A stretch of DNA of 64,000 nucleotides from a bacterium (GTDB lineage: Bacteria; Patescibacteriota; Doudnabacteria; UBA920). The notes under the pieces were generated by a model. That model made no database searches. It saw only the letters and a program-made list of their open reading frames with translations, and had not been told where the DNA came from. How positions within the stretch are numbered: position 1 is the first letter of the stretch; every line of letters starts with the position of its first letter. Below, piece by piece: positions 61,750-64,000 of this stretch. The DNA is taken from the NCBI GenBank assembly GCA_016699995.1, contig CP064996.1:266357-330356 (forward strand). Reading direction: 5' to 3'. Position numbers and translations under genes: made by a program.

Positions 61750-63777
61750 ATGCACGAACACCATAATCATCACAGCATGAATCATGCACACGAAGCGCAT
61801 GGTACCCATGATAATGGTCATGACAAGCACGCTGGTCACTCGCCAGAGATGTTTCGTGACAGATTTTGGCTAAGTTTTGTTCTAACCATTCCAGTAGTTT
61901 TATATTCGCATATGATTCAGGAATGGGTAGGCTTCACTATGCCGGAATTTCCGGGTTCCGACTGGATCCCATTTGTCTTAGGAAGCATAATATTTTTTTA
62001 CGGCGGTACAGTATTCTTGAAAAGTGCTTTAGGGGAACTGAAAGCAAAATTGCCAGGTATGATGACACTCATTTCCTTGGCGATTTTGTCTGCTTATATC
62101 TACAGTGTGGCAACAACGTTCTTTATTTCTGGTACCGAGTTCTTTTGGGAACTAGCTACCTTAATCGTCGTAATGTTGCTTGGCCACTGGATGGAAATGC
62201 GGTCAGTAAGCAACGCTCAAGGTGCGCTGAAAGAACTGGCTAAGTTGTTGCCTGATACAGCAGAACTTGTGAGTGGAAAAACAATACCAGTATCAGAACT
62301 CAAAATTGGCGATGTAGTTCAAGTTCGTCCCGGGGCGAAAGTTCCTGCAGACGGAATGGTGACCGACGGCAAATCAGACGTGAATGAATCTATGATCACT
62401 GGTGAGTCTAAGCCAGTTAAAAAAGCACTTGATTCAGAAGTGATCGCGGGTACTGTGAATGGCTCTGGTAGTTTAAATGTCAAAGTGACTAAAATCGGTG
62501 AATCAACAGCGTTGGCAGGAATCATGAGGCTTGTTGCAGAAGCTCAGAATTCAAGATCAAGGGCGCAGATCCTTGCTGATAAAGCCGCTTTCTATTTAAC
62601 AATCATTGCGATTATTTCAGGCGTAGCAACACTCATCGGCTGGCTTGTTGCAGGGCGAGGCTTGGAATTTGCTATGGAAAGAACAGTTACTGTGCTAGTT
62701 ATTGCATGTCCTCACGCATTAGGATTAGCCATACCACTAGTGACTTCAATATCCACCACGCTGGGAGCAAGAAACGGCTTATTGATTAAGCAACGGATGG
62801 CTTTAGAATCTGCAAGAAATATTGATGTAGTGTTGTTTGATAAAACCGGAACACTAACCAGGGGTGAACAAGCAGTAGTTGATGTATGGACTTCTACGAG
62901 TATTACTGAAGAATCGCTTGTGCGTTTAGCTGGTTCAGTTGAAAATTTTAGTGAACATAGCTTAGGACAAGCCATCGTCGATTATGCAAAATCAAAAAAT
63001 ATTTCTTTGTCACCAGTAACAGAGTTTAGCGCAATAGCTGGACATGGCGTTGAAGCTAAGCTACAAGGCAAAAATATTGCCGTAGGCGGGCCACGACTAC
63101 TTCAGTTAAAGCAAACATCAGTTCCCGAAGATTTAAAGACTAAGGCTTCCGGGGCTGATCAAGACGGCAAGACTGTTATGTATGTACTGGAGGACAATAA
63201 AGTAGTTGGAGTAATTACGGTTGCCGATGTTATTCGAGACGAATCCAAAGAAGCAATTAGTAGGCTTAAGGCTGAAGGAATGAAAGTTGCGATGATCACT
63301 GGCGATTCCGAAGGAGTAGCTTCATATGTAGCTAAAGAATTAGGACTGGATCAGTATTTTGCTGAAGTTCTTCCAGAACATAAGGCCGACAAGGTTAAGC
63401 AACTACAAAAGGACGGCAGTAAGGTTGCCATGGTTGGTGACGGTGTAAACGACGCGCCTGCACTTACCCAAGCTGATTTAGGAATCGCAGTTGGAGCTGG
63501 TACGGACGTAGCTATTGAATCAGCAGGCATTGTTCTGGTCAAAAGCAATCCATTAGATATTCCAAAGATTATAAAGCTATCTAAAGCAACATACACCAAA
63601 ATGGGGCAAAATCTATTTTGGGCTACAGGTTATAATGTAGTTGCTATCCCTCTGGCCGCAGGTGTGTTGGCAGGACTCGGCATATTGCTAGCTCCTGCGA
63701 TAGGCGCAGTGTTTATGTCTATCAGTACGATAGTCGTTGCTTTTAACGCCCAATTATTAAGAAAGCTTACATTATAA
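61750..63777 (+). CDS. copB: P1B-type copper-translocating ATPase, CopB-like (His-rich N-terminus, CPH motif)
   Basis: N-terminal HEHHNHHSMNHAHEAHGTHDNGHDKHAGH. CPH in TM6, DKTGTLT and GDGVNDAPAL motifs. Confidence 0.9.
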   Translation: MHEHHNHHSMNHAHEAHGTHDNGHDKHAGHSPEMFRDRFWLSFVLTIPVVLYSHMIQEWVGFTMPEFPGSDWIPFVLGSIIFFYGGTVFLKSALGELKAKLPGMMTLISLAILSAYIYSVATTFFISGTEFFWELATLIVVMLLGHWMEMRSVSNAQGALKELAKLLPDTAELVSGKTIPVSELKIGDVVQVRPGAKVPADGMVTDGKSDVNESMITGESKPVKKALDSEVIAGTVNGSGSLNVKVTKIGESTALAGIMRLVAEAQNSRSRAQILADKAAFYLTIIAIISGVATLIGWLVAGRGLEFAMERTVTVLVIACPHALGLAIPLVTSISTTLGARNGLLIKQRMALESARNIDVVLFDKTGTLTRGEQAVVDVWTSTSITEESLVRLAGSVENFSEHSLGQAIVDYAKSKNISLSPVTEFSAIAGHGVEAKLQGKNIAVGGPRLLQLKQTSVPEDLKTKASGADQDGKTVMYVLEDNKVVGVITVADVIRDESKEAISRLKAEGMKVAMITGDSEGVASYVAKELGLDQYFAEVLPEHKADKVKQLQKDGSKVAMVGDGVNDAPALTQADLGIAVGAGTDVAIESAGIVLVKSNPLDIPKIIKLSKATYTKMGQNLFWATGYNVVAIPLAAGVLAGLGILLAPAIGAVFMSISTIVVAFNAQLLRKLTL

Positions 63778-63783
63778 GGTTTA

Positions 63784-63841
63784 TAAAGTGACACTAACCT
63801 GTAACTTTCACAAGTGGGGTATGTGTCACTTTTGTCATTTT
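63784..63841 (+). terminator. terminator-like inverted repeat after copB
   Basis: AAGTGACAC...GTGTCACTT 9-bp arms followed by TTGTCATTTTTT. Confidence 0.45.
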
Positions 63842-63951
63842 TTGAGGGTGCTCGAGACCGGTCGAATTTGCTATAATGGAAACGCTTAGAAAAGCCAAGC
63901 AGGGCTTGACCAAACCACGGTTCTAGCTCGAAGAGGCCAGCCAAAAACCAA

Positions 63952-63972
63952 ATACCCGAGAGGGTGTTTTTT
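63952..63972 (+). terminator. intrinsic terminator
   Basis: ATACCC-gaga-GGGTGT stem followed by TTTTTT. Confidence 0.6.
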
Positions 63973-64000
63973 GATGATATAATAAAGAAAAGAAATTAAT

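Noticed and set aside
1-64000. CRISPR arrays or cas operon around the Cas4-like gene.
   Set aside because: No regularly spaced direct-repeat array was seen on either strand and no other cas genes are present. The Cas4-like protein is read as a solitary PD-(D/E)XK/Fe-S nuclease.

Overview
This 64 kb window is a gene-dense, moderately AT-rich bacterial chromosome segment (roughly mid-40s % GC by eye). It is almost entirely core metabolism and cell-envelope genes, with no recognisable transposase, integrase or CRISPR array. Candidate-phyla-radiation-like hints (Lys/Ala-rich tails on several enzymes, short leaders, a split transketolase) are only suggestive. One low-complexity tail is on the Cas4-like PD-(D/E)XK nuclease at 51404-51586. 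The window starts with a long, mostly co-directional glycolysis/pentose-phosphate supercluster: tpiA, rpiB, rpe, a transketolase split into N and C subunits and interrupted by a 593-aa membrane protein, a PfkB kinase, class II fba, gap, pgk, eno, a DUF1653 gene and gpmI. This is followed by recJ-rnhA, murA-mreB, dinB, and a two-component system whose histidine kinase is translationally coupled to a small upstream ORF behind a long structured GC-rich leader. Next comes a minimal mraZ-rsmH-ftsL-ftsI-(small ORF)-PBP1A cluster preceded by a textbook array of 10-bp-phased AAGTGG direct repeats (MraZ boxes), then a divergent pair of histidine-phosphatase paralogs and pyrF. A class II (B12-dependent) nrdJ forms a tight operon with a DUF4430 (transcobalamin-like) protein and a small multi-pass membrane protein, which I read as a putative B12-acquisition module. 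Further on are a roughly 900-aa C-type-lectin/peptidoglycan-binding surface protein and a DUF559-DUF2200 coupled gene pair. Two near-identical tRNA-Gln genes (UUG and CUG) lie in inverted orientation around a 6.7 kb segment that holds a leaderless Cas4-like nuclease, a beta-helical membrane protein, ybaB, mnmA and maf, and a 29-nt tRNA 5' fragment sits beside one copy. The window ends with a Cys-rich copper / thiol-redox island: ArsR, CsoR, DUF1573, CcdA/DsbD, a CxxC membrane protein, DUF305 and a His-rich CPH-type CopB ATPase. Many intrinsic terminators, several near-consensus sigma70 promoters with a recurring TATGGTATAAT element, and several unusual inverted-repeat elements are also visible. 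All calls rest on sequence motifs I recognise and on reading both strands by eye; no database search was possible.
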